A model generated the notes under the pieces. That model saw only the letters and a program-made list of their open reading frames with translations, was not told the origin of the DNA and ran no database searches. This document shows positions 48,119 through 57,477 of a stretch of DNA of 64,000 bases, piece after piece. The stretch covers positions 128,001 to 192,000 of the forward strand of contig JBMNJT010000008.1 of NCBI GenBank assembly GCA_050951805.1, written 5' to 3'. Source of the stretch: Bacillota bacterium. Lineage in GTDB: Bacteria; Bacillota; DTU025. Positions within the stretch are counted from its first letter, which is position 1. Every line of letters starts with the position of its first letter. A program made the translations under genes and the position numbers.

Positions 48119-49711
48119 ATGGTGGCGAGAAAGCGTCCCTGGTTTGTGATGGTTCTCCACAGTCATTTGCCGTGGGTGATGGGTTATGGCAGATGGCCTT
48201 TTGGCGAAGAGTGGATCTATGAGATTGCGTGGGATTGCTACATTCCGTTGATCCGGGCGTTTAGGAATCTTGAGCGCGACGGCATTCCCGCAAACGTCAC
48301 GCTGAGTGTCACCCCAGTCCTTGCGGAGCAGCTTGCATCGGAGAGTTTCAAGTCGGGGCTCGTAGAATACCTGGGCGACAGGCGGCGCAGGGTCGCTGAT
48401 GACAGGGCAGAATTCCTCGCCCGGGGAAATACGGATCTGGCGAGACTGACGATTTGGATTGAAGAGCAGATAGACCGGGCTTTGCAGGACTTCGAAGACA
48501 TGGGCCGAGATATTCCCGGCGCATTGGCCGACCTTGCTGCCCGGGGCTGTATTGAACTGGCGACATCCGCGGCTTCCCACGGGTATCTGCCGTTGCTCAA
48601 ACATGAGAAGACTAAGCGCCTTCAGATTCGCATGGGGAAGGTGGGGTTTAAGGAAGTCTTCGGCATGGAGCCACGGGGATTCTGGTTTCCGGAGTGCGCC
48701 TACAGTCCGGGCTTGGAAGAGCTCGTGGCGGGTGAGGGTTACGCTTATACTGTGCTGGATGCCATGGCTGTGCAGGGCGGGAAGGCAATGAGCCAGTACG
48801 GCGAAAGCACCAGAACGGTGCCGCCTACAGGCAGGTCTGTGGAGACAGTCTACAAGTGTTGCAATTCTGAACTAGCCGTCTTCCCACGCCACCCGGAACT
48901 GTGTGCCCAGGTATGGTCCAGATGGACGGGGTACCCGGGAGACTTCGCCTATCGGGAATTCCACAAGCAGAAGCCGCGATCTGGAATGAGATACTACCGC
49001 GTGACTGATTCCGCAGGCGATTTGCGCACTAAGAAACCATACGACCCAACGGTTGCGGCAGCCAGGGCCAGGGAGCATGCTGCACATTACGTGGGGCGCA
49101 TCGAGGAAGCAGCTGATGAGAGCCGGTCGGAATTACCCATACTCACGACCGCGTTCGACACGGAGCTGTATGGGCACTGGTGGCATGAGGGCCCGATTTT
49201 CCTGGAAGAGGTGGCACGGCTCCTTGCCCAAAGTGACGCGGTGAATCATGCAACCCCGTCGCGCATCCTTGAGGAGATTGATTGGGAAAAGGTTGACAGG
49301 ATAGAGCCCTTGGAATCGTCGTGGGGCGTTAATTGCGACCATACTGTGTGGATGAACGAGCGCACACGGCCGATGTGGGAAAAGATATGGGAACTCGAAG
49401 ACATAGTAAACGGCAGCTGGGCATTGACTCCTTTTGGGCCGTGGCCCGGCGACTTCTGGGAATTACAGTCCAGCGTTGATACATTCCTCCGCGAATTCCT
49501 GCTAATGATGGCTTCGGATTGGGAGTTTCTTATGTATACTGGGACTGCGGGGGATTATCCTGAACGGCGCTTTGAAGGGCACAGGAAAAACTGCGCAGAG
49601 GCCTATGGCAGGCTTCGCGCGGCTTTGAAAGATCATCAGTTGCCCGAGTATCTTTACGAACCCTTGTATGACAGAAGGGATGCGGATCTTGAGTCCCCCG
49701 AAGGCTGTTAG
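48119..49711 (+). CDS. GH57 1,4-alpha-glucan branching enzyme (DUF1957)
   Basis: VLHSHLPWV, SHGYLP, GFWFPECAY, YREFH, FDTELYGHWWHEG, SSWG, ASDWEF. Alternative ATG at 48083. Confidence 0.9.
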   Translation: MVARKRPWFVMVLHSHLPWVMGYGRWPFGEEWIYEIAWDCYIPLIRAFRNLERDGIPANVTLSVTPVLAEQLASESFKSGLVEYLGDRRRRVADDRAEFLARGNTDLARLTIWIEEQIDRALQDFEDMGRDIPGALADLAARGCIELATSAASHGYLPLLKHEKTKRLQIRMGKVGFKEVFGMEPRGFWFPECAYSPGLEELVAGEGYAYTVLDAMAVQGGKAMSQYGESTRTVPPTGRSVETVYKCCNSELAVFPRHPELCAQVWSRWTGYPGDFAYREFHKQKPRSGMRYYRVTDSAGDLRTKKPYDPTVAAARAREHAAHYVGRIEEAADESRSELPILTTAFDTELYGHWWHEGPIFLEEVARLLAQSDAVNHATPSRILEEIDWEKVDRIEPLESSWGVNCDHTVWMNERTRPMWEKIWELEDIVNGSWALTPFGPWPGDFWELQSSVDTFLREFLLMMASDWEFLMYTGTAGDYPERRFEGHRKNCAEAYGRLRAALKDHQLPEYLYEPLYDRRDADLESPEGC

Positions 49712-49789
49712 CCGGATCAGCGGCGTTGGCCTCTGATTTGCCCTACACTATATGCAACACGAATTACCAAGAAGGGGGACTGTCTAGCA

Positions 49790-51187
49790 ATGAGAGTTCT
49801 CTTTGCTTCTTCGGAAGTCAACCCGTATATGAAGGTAGGAGGACTTGCTGACGTTGCCGGAAGCCTCCCAGGGTTTCTGGCTGAAGCGGGATGTGATGTT
49901 CATCTTGTGATGCCCAAGTACGAGACTGCCAAATGGAACGGGATTGCGTTTCAAGAGTGGGGATCTGTGTACCCTCCAATGGGGTATGGGCGGGAAGAAG
50001 CACAGGTCTATTATTCGAAGATTTCTAGGAATCTGACGCTCTATGCGGTGCGCAACGGTGCCTACTTTGCCCGTGAAAAGCCGTATGATTCCCCTGACGA
50101 CATGAGAAGGTTCATGTTTTTCGCGAAAGCGTGTTACGAATTGGCCAGGGCCCTTGAAGTCGACGTGGTACACGCCAATGACTGGCATACCGGGCTTTTG
50201 CCCGTGTTCTGCCGGGTGTACGGTTGCCCGAAGGACCCCGGCACTGTGATAACCATTCATAACCTGGCGTTTCAGGGAGAAGGGGACTGGGACGATTTTC
50301 TCTATTCGTCTCTCCCGTGGGATACATTTAACCCGGGTGGCGTTGAATACTACGGGAAATTCAATATCCTGAAGGCTGCGATGATGTATGCTGACAGGAT
50401 AACTACGGTATCTCCCACGTACTCAAGAGAGATACAGACCCCGGAGTTCGGTATGGGGCTTGAAAAGGTCCTGATGGCGAGGCGCGACGCGATCCGGGGG
50501 ATACTCAATGGCATAGACTACGATGAATGGAACCCGATGACTGACGCTCTTATAACATCCAATTACGATGTTGAGAGGCTCGATAAGCGGATCGAGAACA
50601 AGAGATCCCTTGCGGCAAGATTCGGGTTGGAATACAGGCCTGAGACTCCCGTTTTCGGCTTTGTGGGTCGGCTCTTTGAGCAGAAGGGCGTTGATATACT
50701 GATAGAGGCCACTAAGCGTCTTGTGGAACAGGATGTTCAGGTAGTTGTCTTGGGAACAGGCGCTCCCCAGTATGAAGAGGCGCTGAGGAGCCTATCCCAT
50801 GCGCATCCCGGGAAGGTCGGCGCGAAGCTGGCGTTCAGCAATCTGTTGGCTCACGAGATTTACGCAGGGGCGGATTTCTTCCTCATGCCGTCGAAATTCG
50901 AACCTTGTGGCCTTGGGCAGCTTATTGCAATGAGATATGGAGCAATTCCGATAGTGAGGGCAGTGGGCGGTCTGCGTGATACTGTGACTGAGCCCGTAAC
51001 CGGCCTCGTCTTTTGGGAGTATTCTGCGTCAGAATTGCATGCTGCCATGGAAAGGGCTCTGGAAATATATGATAATCCCGAGGCGTTTCTCGCTATGCGC
51101 ATCCGTTGCATGACAGCGGATTATTCCTGGGGAAGGTCGCGGGACGAGTATGTCTCGCTTTACAAGGAGATCGCGCCTGGGCGATAG
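49790..51187 (+). CDS. glgA: Glycogen synthase
   Basis: KVGGLADV, HANDWH, TIHNLAFQG, TVSPTY, GILNGID, QKG, PSKFEPCGL, GGLRDTV. Confidence 0.95.
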   Translation: MRVLFASSEVNPYMKVGGLADVAGSLPGFLAEAGCDVHLVMPKYETAKWNGIAFQEWGSVYPPMGYGREEAQVYYSKISRNLTLYAVRNGAYFAREKPYDSPDDMRRFMFFAKACYELARALEVDVVHANDWHTGLLPVFCRVYGCPKDPGTVITIHNLAFQGEGDWDDFLYSSLPWDTFNPGGVEYYGKFNILKAAMMYADRITTVSPTYSREIQTPEFGMGLEKVLMARRDAIRGILNGIDYDEWNPMTDALITSNYDVERLDKRIENKRSLAARFGLEYRPETPVFGFVGRLFEQKGVDILIEATKRLVEQDVQVVVLGTGAPQYEEALRSLSHAHPGKVGAKLAFSNLLAHEIYAGADFFLMPSKFEPCGLGQLIAMRYGAIPIVRAVGGLRDTVTEPVTGLVFWEYSASELHAAMERALEIYDNPEAFLAMRIRCMTADYSWGRSRDEYVSLYKEIAPGR

Positions 51188-51429
51188 TTCCTCCGCAACA
51201 CGGGGGCCAATTATACGGTTGATAAGAGATGCTTGCCCGGAGGCAGGGTGGCGGCGAATCGTATTGCGCTGCTGTGAGTTAACCTGTTGAGCCTCCGGGC
51301 AAGACTCGATTTGTAGCGGCAGCAAACCCATCAACTCAACCCCGAATCCAACAGTGAACAGGCGCACGCGCAGAATCAAGAGTCGAATAGCTTGGATGAC
51401 GATCAAACCATCGCGAAAAGCCAGAAGAC

Positions 51430-51676
51430 GTGCAAGCATGTAACCGCCCTAACCAGTAAGCAGACCGTTTCCTATCCGCAGCTTGCCTGCAACGAGCGCT
51501 GTCCTGAGACAGTCGTCCGTAAAGACCAGGTTGACAAAGAGGAGCTCAAAAGGCTCGTGCACAGCATATCCAGGGTGTTGCCTCCAGAGGGTGAAATCGT
51601 GACCGAGATGGGTGTCGCGTTAGGGGCTATTTCTATCGAGCCTGACAGATTTGGATGGGCCAGTTGCTCTCAGTAA
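51430..51676 (+). mobile_element. Remnant of an IS1634-like transposase N-terminus
   Basis: TVSYPQLACNERCPET...DQVDKEELKRLVHSISRVLPPE resembles the IS1634 N-terminal YxQLAHNE...DxxxLxRLxxSIxRxL pattern with an internal deletion. Confidence 0.5.
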
Positions 51677-51996
51677 GTTGCCATAGTGCCGACGCTTCAG
51701 GCTCTTGTGTTGAGCTGCCAACACCTCGACCGTCCCGGGCCTTGGCTCGTGTGGTTATGGGTTCTGGGGAGCGGAGCCGGCGCGTTAGGTGGTGGGCAAG
51801 GCTCAGCCTTCCATGGCCGGTTTTCGGGAGGGCGGGGACTCTGTTCCTCAATATTAAGTTCTGTCATGTTTGGGCTGGGCGTCCTTTCAGTCTACATGAA
51901 CTTCTAGGAGATGGGCCGTGGGGGCCTTCGCAGTAATGTGGCATTGGCTGCTGGCGCGGCCCATCGAGTTGTAGTTATTCGGACGGTGGAAAGGAT

Positions 51997-53106
51997 GTGG
52001 TCTATTTGAGGGCATGGAGAGGGATTATTGAGGAGTATAGAGAGTATCTCCCGATTGAACGAGACATGCCGGTAGTGACGTTGCTGGAAGGGAATACTCC
52101 CCTCTTGCCAGCTGGCAATCTCGCCCAGCGACTTGAAGCCGACATTGAGATATACTTGAAGTTTGAAGGCTTGAATCCTACGGGCTCTTTCAAGGATCGG
52201 GGTATGACTCTTGCGGTCTCCAAGGCTGTGCAGGATGGGGCTCCTGTCGTGGTCTGTGCTTCCACGGGCAACACTGCGGCTTCGGCCGCGGCCTATGCCG
52301 CAAGGGCGGGCTTGCGCTGTATTGTCGTTATTCCTCATGCCGCTGTTGCCTCGGGCAAACTTGCCCAGGCCAGGGTCCACGGTGCGCAGATTGTGTCCAT
52401 AAGAGGAAACTTCGATGTTGCTCTTGCCATAGTGAGGGAGCTGGCGGCTGAGACCGGCATCGTCTTGGTGAACTCGGTCAACCCGTGGCGCATCGAGGGG
52501 CAAAAAACTGCTGCGTTCGAGATAGTGAACGAGCTGGGGGATGCTCCTGATTGGCTTGTGATTCCTGTAGGGAATGCAGGCAACATAACGGCTTATTGGA
52601 AGGGATTCAACGAGTGCAGAGTTGTGGGGATGGCCTCGCGATGCCCTCGTATGGCGGGGTATCAGGCGACCGGGGCCGCTCCTATCGTGCTAGGTATGAT
52701 TGTAAAAAATCCCCAGACACTTGCCAGCGCCATCAGGATAGGCAACCCTGCCAGCTGGGCGGGGGCAAAGACGGCTGCTGACGATTCTGGTGGTTTGATA
52801 GATTCAGTATCCGACGGCGAGATTATGGAAGCTTACAGCTTGTTGGCTGCGGTCGAAGGGATATTTGCCGAGCCGTCGTCGTGCACATCGGTGGCGGGGG
52901 TGATCAAGATGGCGCGATTGGGTCGGTTCGAAAAGGGACAGAGAGTTGTGGCGGTCTTGACAGGGCATGGTTTGAAGGACCCGGAGGCGGCTATGGCGTG
53001 CGACGCCTATTCTCTGGCCGGGCGATCCCCAGAGGACGGGAGCCGGGCTGTAGAAGGTGTAGTCGATGCTGACGTGGAATCTGTCAGAGGATTGCTGGGG
53101 GTTTGA
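51997..53106 (+). CDS. thrC: Threonine synthase
   Basis: LLEGNTPL, EGLNPTGSFKDRG, CASTGNT, NSVNP, EGQKT, PVGNAGN, TGHGLKD. Confidence 0.95.
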   Translation: MVYLRAWRGIIEEYREYLPIERDMPVVTLLEGNTPLLPAGNLAQRLEADIEIYLKFEGLNPTGSFKDRGMTLAVSKAVQDGAPVVVCASTGNTAASAAAYAARAGLRCIVVIPHAAVASGKLAQARVHGAQIVSIRGNFDVALAIVRELAAETGIVLVNSVNPWRIEGQKTAAFEIVNELGDAPDWLVIPVGNAGNITAYWKGFNECRVVGMASRCPRMAGYQATGAAPIVLGMIVKNPQTLASAIRIGNPASWAGAKTAADDSGGLIDSVSDGEIMEAYSLLAAVEGIFAEPSSCTSVAGVIKMARLGRFEKGQRVVAVLTGHGLKDPEAAMACDAYSLAGRSPEDGSRAVEGVVDADVESVRGLLGV

Positions 53107-53132
53107 ACAGTCATCATAAGAGGTGTATTCCT

Positions 53133-54071
53133 ATGTCTGTTAAGAAAGTGATCGTGCATGCTCCGGCGACTTCGGCCAATATGGGACCGGGGTATGACTC
53201 TATGGCCATGGCGTTGGAGCTTAGGGATGATATAACATTCGAGCTCGCGGGAGATGGCGAGTCTCAGGCTATTACCCTGTCGGAAGATGGAAGCCCGTCT
53301 CCTGAGGGCCTTCCTACCGATCGGTCGAACTTGGCGATACGCGCTTTTGAAGCTGTATTCGTTGAGGCGGGCGAGAGGCCGCCATCTGTTCGTGTTACGA
53401 CGGTGAACCGGATTCCAATAGCCCGGGGCCTCGGAAGCAGTGCAGCGGCGATTGTGGCTGGGGTGACGGCTGGGGGCGTTATCCGTGGTAGCGAGATCGA
53501 TCTGCAAAGCCGGCTTAACCTTGCCGCCAAAATAGAAGGGCATCCGGATAACACAGTTGCCTGCATACTCGGGGGAGTGACTGTTTCGTCGCTGGTCGGC
53601 TCCCGCGTGATGTGGGCCAAGATTCCGCTGCAGAGAGAGCTAGGGGCCTTGGTTGCAGTTCCGGACTTCGGGGTTTCGACGGGGATCGCTCGCAATGTTT
53701 TGCCGCAGAGCGTGCTCCATGCTGATGCCGTGTTCAATGTGGGCAGGGCTGCGCTTCTCGTAGCGTCGCTGTGCACCGGGGCTTACGAAAATCTGAGATA
53801 TGCCACCGAAGACAAGCTGCATCAGCCGTACCGCTCTCTGTTGGTGCCCGGGATGCTCGACGCCATACGGTCGGCGTGCGATGGCGGGGCACTGGGGGCT
53901 TATGTGAGCGGGGCTGGACCTGCCATATTGGCTTTGATGGACTCGGAATGTGATCCGGAGCCGATTGCGCAGGCGATGGCCGCTGCTTTTGACCGTTCCC
54001 GAGTTAAGGTCAGCGATATGATGGCGCTTTCCTTGTCTAGCACGGGGGCTGTTTGGGAGGTTGAGGAATGA
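53133..54071 (+). CDS. thrB: Homoserine kinase
   Basis: PATSANMGPGYD, IPIARGLGSSAAA, EGHPDN, DKLHQPYR, SGAGP. Confidence 0.95.
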   Translation: MSVKKVIVHAPATSANMGPGYDSMAMALELRDDITFELAGDGESQAITLSEDGSPSPEGLPTDRSNLAIRAFEAVFVEAGERPPSVRVTTVNRIPIARGLGSSAAAIVAGVTAGGVIRGSEIDLQSRLNLAAKIEGHPDNTVACILGGVTVSSLVGSRVMWAKIPLQRELGALVAVPDFGVSTGIARNVLPQSVLHADAVFNVGRAALLVASLCTGAYENLRYATEDKLHQPYRSLLVPGMLDAIRSACDGGALGAYVSGAGPAILALMDSECDPEPIAQAMAAAFDRSRVKVSDMMALSLSSTGAVWEVEE

Positions 54072-54634
54072 GTTCGCGTTCGGACGGAACGCAAACTGGA
54101 GATGGTTCTGTTCCAGTCTATTTTGGCCTTGGATCCAATCTCGGGGATAGGCTGGGAAATCTGAGGTGTGCAGCGGCAATGTTGGGGCAAGCTGATGGTC
54201 TGTCACAATTTGCGGTGTCCCGCGTATACGAGACTGAGCCGTGGGGCTTTGTTGACCAGCCGCCTTTTTTGAACTGTGTTGTGCGGGCACACACTCTCCT
54301 TGCGCCAGAGGATGTCCTCGCTGTGACACGGTCGGTCGAAGATGCTTTGGGACGCGAGAGGAGTCTTCGCTGGGGGCCTCGGATTATCGACGTGGACATC
54401 CTCATCTTCGGCGGATTGGTTATGGATACTGAGGATTTGGTCATTCCACATCCGCGGATGTGGGAGCGGGCTTTCGTCCTTGTTCCCCTCATGGATTTGG
54501 CGCCTGACATGATCACTCCCGACGGGGCCACTCTCAGTCAGAAGGTTGCCGACCTTGGCGATGCAGGCGGGGTGAGGGTCTTCGACGGTGATCTCCAAGG
54601 AGTTTTCGACCGTGCGGAGAATATCATGATGTGA
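54068..54634 (+). CDS. folK: 2-amino-4-hydroxy-6-hydroxymethyldihydropteridine diphosphokinase
   Basis: GLGSNLG, YETEP, FLN, RWGPRIIDVDIL, PHPRMWERAFVL. Confidence 0.95.
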   Translation: MSSRSDGTQTGDGSVPVYFGLGSNLGDRLGNLRCAAAMLGQADGLSQFAVSRVYETEPWGFVDQPPFLNCVVRAHTLLAPEDVLAVTRSVEDALGRERSLRWGPRIIDVDILIFGGLVMDTEDLVIPHPRMWERAFVLVPLMDLAPDMITPDGATLSQKVADLGDAGGVRVFDGDLQGVFDRAENIMM

Positions 54635-54691
54635 AGGCCGGGGCTTTCGGACGCCTGGCCTAACCTGGAAAAGCGCTGGGAGGTCCTTTGC

Positions 54692-55258
54692 ATGTTGCAT
54701 TTGGGTGTTGGTTCGCACCGCAATTTGCGGGCTCTTGCTGTAGCGATCCCAATGGTGCTGGCGTGCGCTGCAGTCTCCTTTAGCGCTGGGGGCGAGAGGG
54801 AATATGCAAACCGCGAGCACGGGTTTGTTTTCAGGTATCCTGATGACTGGGAGAGGCAATCAGGCAGTGTAGGGTCATATCCGATCATAGCCTTTGGCGA
54901 ACTGCGGAAGACGGGCTTTGCGGCCTCGGTCAATGTAGTGGTGGCAACGCAACCGGGAGCAAGCGCTAAGCTGTACGCGCGCAATGCGGCTGCTCGGATA
55001 TCTCAGGGCGGGGATCCGCGGCTTTCTGATTTCCGGGAAGACGGTCCCGGGGTGCCTGGCGCTGTTTACGGCGGGGATTCCTGGTTGACGAGGTTTTCGT
55101 GTTACTCGTCTGATGTGAGGAATAGGGTGTGGTTTTACCAACTCACGGTGGTTCGGGGATCTGATGTGATTGTTCTCACTGCTGCATGTCTCGAATCGGA
55201 GAAAGCTGCATACCTGCCTGTGTTCGAGAGAATAGTATCGAGCTTTCGGCTTATCTGA
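54692..55258 (+). CDS. Exported PsbP/DcrB-like protein
   Basis: Signal peptide; HGFVFRYPDDW, ASVNVV, YLPVFERIVSSF, typical of Mog1/PsbP-fold proteins. Confidence 0.55.
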   Translation: MLHLGVGSHRNLRALAVAIPMVLACAAVSFSAGGEREYANREHGFVFRYPDDWERQSGSVGSYPIIAFGELRKTGFAASVNVVVATQPGASAKLYARNAAARISQGGDPRLSDFREDGPGVPGAVYGGDSWLTRFSCYSSDVRNRVWFYQLTVVRGSDVIVLTAACLESEKAAYLPVFERIVSSFRLI

Positions 55259-55278
55259 CGGGGGGGTCCCGTGTGTCA

Positions 55279-56997
55279 ATGGAGTATAAAGTTGTTGATT
55301 TTGAAAAGAAAAAGGTTGAGATAAGGTTCGGGCAGCTTGCTCAGGACCTTGTTGATTTTGTTAACCTCCCTGAGTTCAATGGCACTGCAGCCAATGGACT
55401 CCACAAGTTCATGTCCGAGGTGATGGAAGAGCCTTGGGTGGACTTGGACGATGATCAAGACAGTTTGGAAAACGAGTTTGTTGAATGGCTCATTCTGGAC
55501 TACCAAGACGAGATCACAGGGGTTTCTGTGGTCCGGGCTTACCTCGATTCCGCCGATGAGTGGGAGTTGGAAGACTGGGAGGCGCGTTCGTTGGAACAAT
55601 GGGCCCGGTCTGTTTTGGCCGTCTACGAGGTTCAGGAGATTCTGTCCGATGACAGGGTTGTCCTTCGTGACGTGGTGACAGGTAATACGTACAGCGTGAT
55701 TGCGCCGGGCATAGGCTTGGGAGTGCTGCGATGGTCGGCCATGCTCGCGCGTCTCCTCGTAGTGGATGATCTGTATACTCTTGGGTCTTCTACGCTTGTA
55801 ATACCGAGGCCTCTTCTCAGGTATGTGCTGAAGATAATGGGCCATGTGTACAGGACGCTGCGCTTTCAGGGATATGATGGAGATTGGGAGAGCTTTCTCA
55901 AGGTCTCTACGCTCAGTCTCCGCAAACTGGTTCGCGTGATGCTGATGGCGTGGGGCGTGCAAGAAAGCGAGGACGCTGTAGCGCTTTATTGTGATGGCTT
56001 GTCTGGGTCTTCTAGTGGTGAATTTGCGGGAGTCCGGGGAGCCTGTTCGCCCAGCGAAGCTTCAGCCTCAGGCGCGCGCAAGCTTTATCGATCAGTGGTC
56101 CGCGTATCAGATGCCAAGGGGGCTCTTGACGCTGTTACACGAAGCGGCACAGGGATTGCGTTGTCTAGCTCTTGGGTGGATGAGGCGGGTGCTGTCTGTG
56201 CGGAGCTTGCGTGGGTCAGAGAGCCGCATGAGAGTGACCCATCTGGTGTGGCGCCATATGGCGCTGACGATGTGGCCTTTGTTCTGTTGGCTGACGGTGC
56301 TTTCACTGTGTACGCCGACAATCGGAGCGCTTTGGGAAGATGCGCCAGCATTATTCGGAGGAGCGTAGCCCAATACGTGATTCCGAGGCAGCCGGGGAAG
56401 AAGGCATCTTCAAGGAAGCCGCCAAGCACACAAGAGAGGGCGCGGGCACATGCTAGGATCGACCAGATTGCCCGGGAAGCCATTGCAGAGCACTACCGGA
56501 GTTGGGCCGATTCCCCTCTCCCGGTTCTTCAGGGGGAAAGTCCTCGAGACGCTGTTGCTTCGGGCATCGGGCAGAAGATAGTTGAGGAATTGCTGAAGGA
56601 TATCGAATACCACGAGAATCTCAAGAGGCGCGCGGGATTGCCGTGGGTTGATGTTGACGGCCTGTGGCATCACGTGCTATCAGCCCAAGGCTGTGACAAT
56701 GGGCTAAGCGCCAAGGAGCATTCAGTAGTGGGTTTGCTCGACGAGATGATGAGGTTGGACGGCTACACAGAGGATCAGATATTTGCCACTCAAAAGATAT
56801 GGTGTGATTATGCTTTGTCCGAAAACCCAAATGTGGTGCATGCCAATACTTGGGCAGCTGCGGTAGAGTACGCCGCGGCCATAGCTCAGGATGAACCTGT
56901 GACCCAGGCCAGTGTGGCCCGGAAATACCAGGTGTCAGTCTCTACGCTCTCGCAGAGGTACCGCCAGATTTTAGACAGCATCAATGCCAACGGGTAG
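55279..56997 (+). CDS. Hypothetical multidomain protein with an Xre/MbcA/ParS-like motif and a C-terminal TFIIB-like helical/HTH region
   Basis: Long ORF in operon context; FVEWLILDY, YEV...LRDV, WADSPLPVLQGESPR, AAAVEY...TQASVARKYQVSVSTLSQRYRQI. Confidence 0.7.
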   Translation: MEYKVVDFEKKKVEIRFGQLAQDLVDFVNLPEFNGTAANGLHKFMSEVMEEPWVDLDDDQDSLENEFVEWLILDYQDEITGVSVVRAYLDSADEWELEDWEARSLEQWARSVLAVYEVQEILSDDRVVLRDVVTGNTYSVIAPGIGLGVLRWSAMLARLLVVDDLYTLGSSTLVIPRPLLRYVLKIMGHVYRTLRFQGYDGDWESFLKVSTLSLRKLVRVMLMAWGVQESEDAVALYCDGLSGSSSGEFAGVRGACSPSEASASGARKLYRSVVRVSDAKGALDAVTRSGTGIALSSSWVDEAGAVCAELAWVREPHESDPSGVAPYGADDVAFVLLADGAFTVYADNRSALGRCASIIRRSVAQYVIPRQPGKKASSRKPPSTQERARAHARIDQIAREAIAEHYRSWADSPLPVLQGESPRDAVASGIGQKIVEELLKDIEYHENLKRRAGLPWVDVDGLWHHVLSAQGCDNGLSAKEHSVVGLLDEMMRLDGYTEDQIFATQKIWCDYALSENPNVVHANTWAAAVEYAAAIAQDEPVTQASVARKYQVSVSTLSQRYRQILDSINANG

Positions 56998-57049
56998 CAT
57001 GGTGTTATCTGGAAAGTAATAGAGATCAAACAGGGGCGGTTTGTCCGCC

Positions 57050-57370
57050 CTCCTTCTTTGTCTGATAAGCTTGAGCAGCCCCTTGTCTGTTATCCATGGC
57101 CACAACCTGTGTGTATCCCCGAGCCACGCAGTGCCTAGCCCGTCCAACGGGGCGAAAGCCGCAGCTTGAATCGGAGAACTCCGGGTCGAAGAGGGACGTG
57201 AGAATGTGGTGAATGAGCCGGCCGAAAATCGTTGGGACGCCAAGCATCATCACGCCACAGTACGGCACTCCGGTAGTCTCTCCACCGCACGATCCCCACT
57301 TGTAACGTCTGCCAGTTCAACCGCGACTCTCAGTGTGCCCGCCTCATATACCGCAACGCTCAGACCTTGC
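57050..57370 (-). mobile_element. Decayed group II intron reverse transcriptase fragment
   Basis: Fragments NWQTL...DYRSAV, MLGVPTIFGRLI, LTSLFDPEFSDSSCGFRP, GYTQVVAMD, ITDKGLLKLIR correspond to RT0-RT3 of LtrA-type proteins; YADD region absent. Confidence 0.75.
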
Positions 57371-57402
57371 CATTGTAGTTGCTGAACGTGCCGGGTGCAT
57401 GG

Positions 57403-57433
57403 AAAAGAGGCCCGGGGCGGTTGCCCCGGGCTC
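57403..57433 (-). terminator. Intrinsic terminator of the 5'-nucleotidase gene
   Basis: Minus strand GCCCGGGGC-AACC-GCCCCGGGC-CTCTTTT. Confidence 0.75.
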
Positions 57434-57477
57434 ATGTTGTTCGTTTAGATCTTCTGCGCCTGGCGAAGCGAGTTTCC

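Noticed and set aside
51690-51900. T-box leader for thrC, or a transposase C-terminal remnant (PPENRPWK on the minus strand)
   Set aside because: No GGTGGNACC antiterminator consensus; the peptide similarity is only a few residues.
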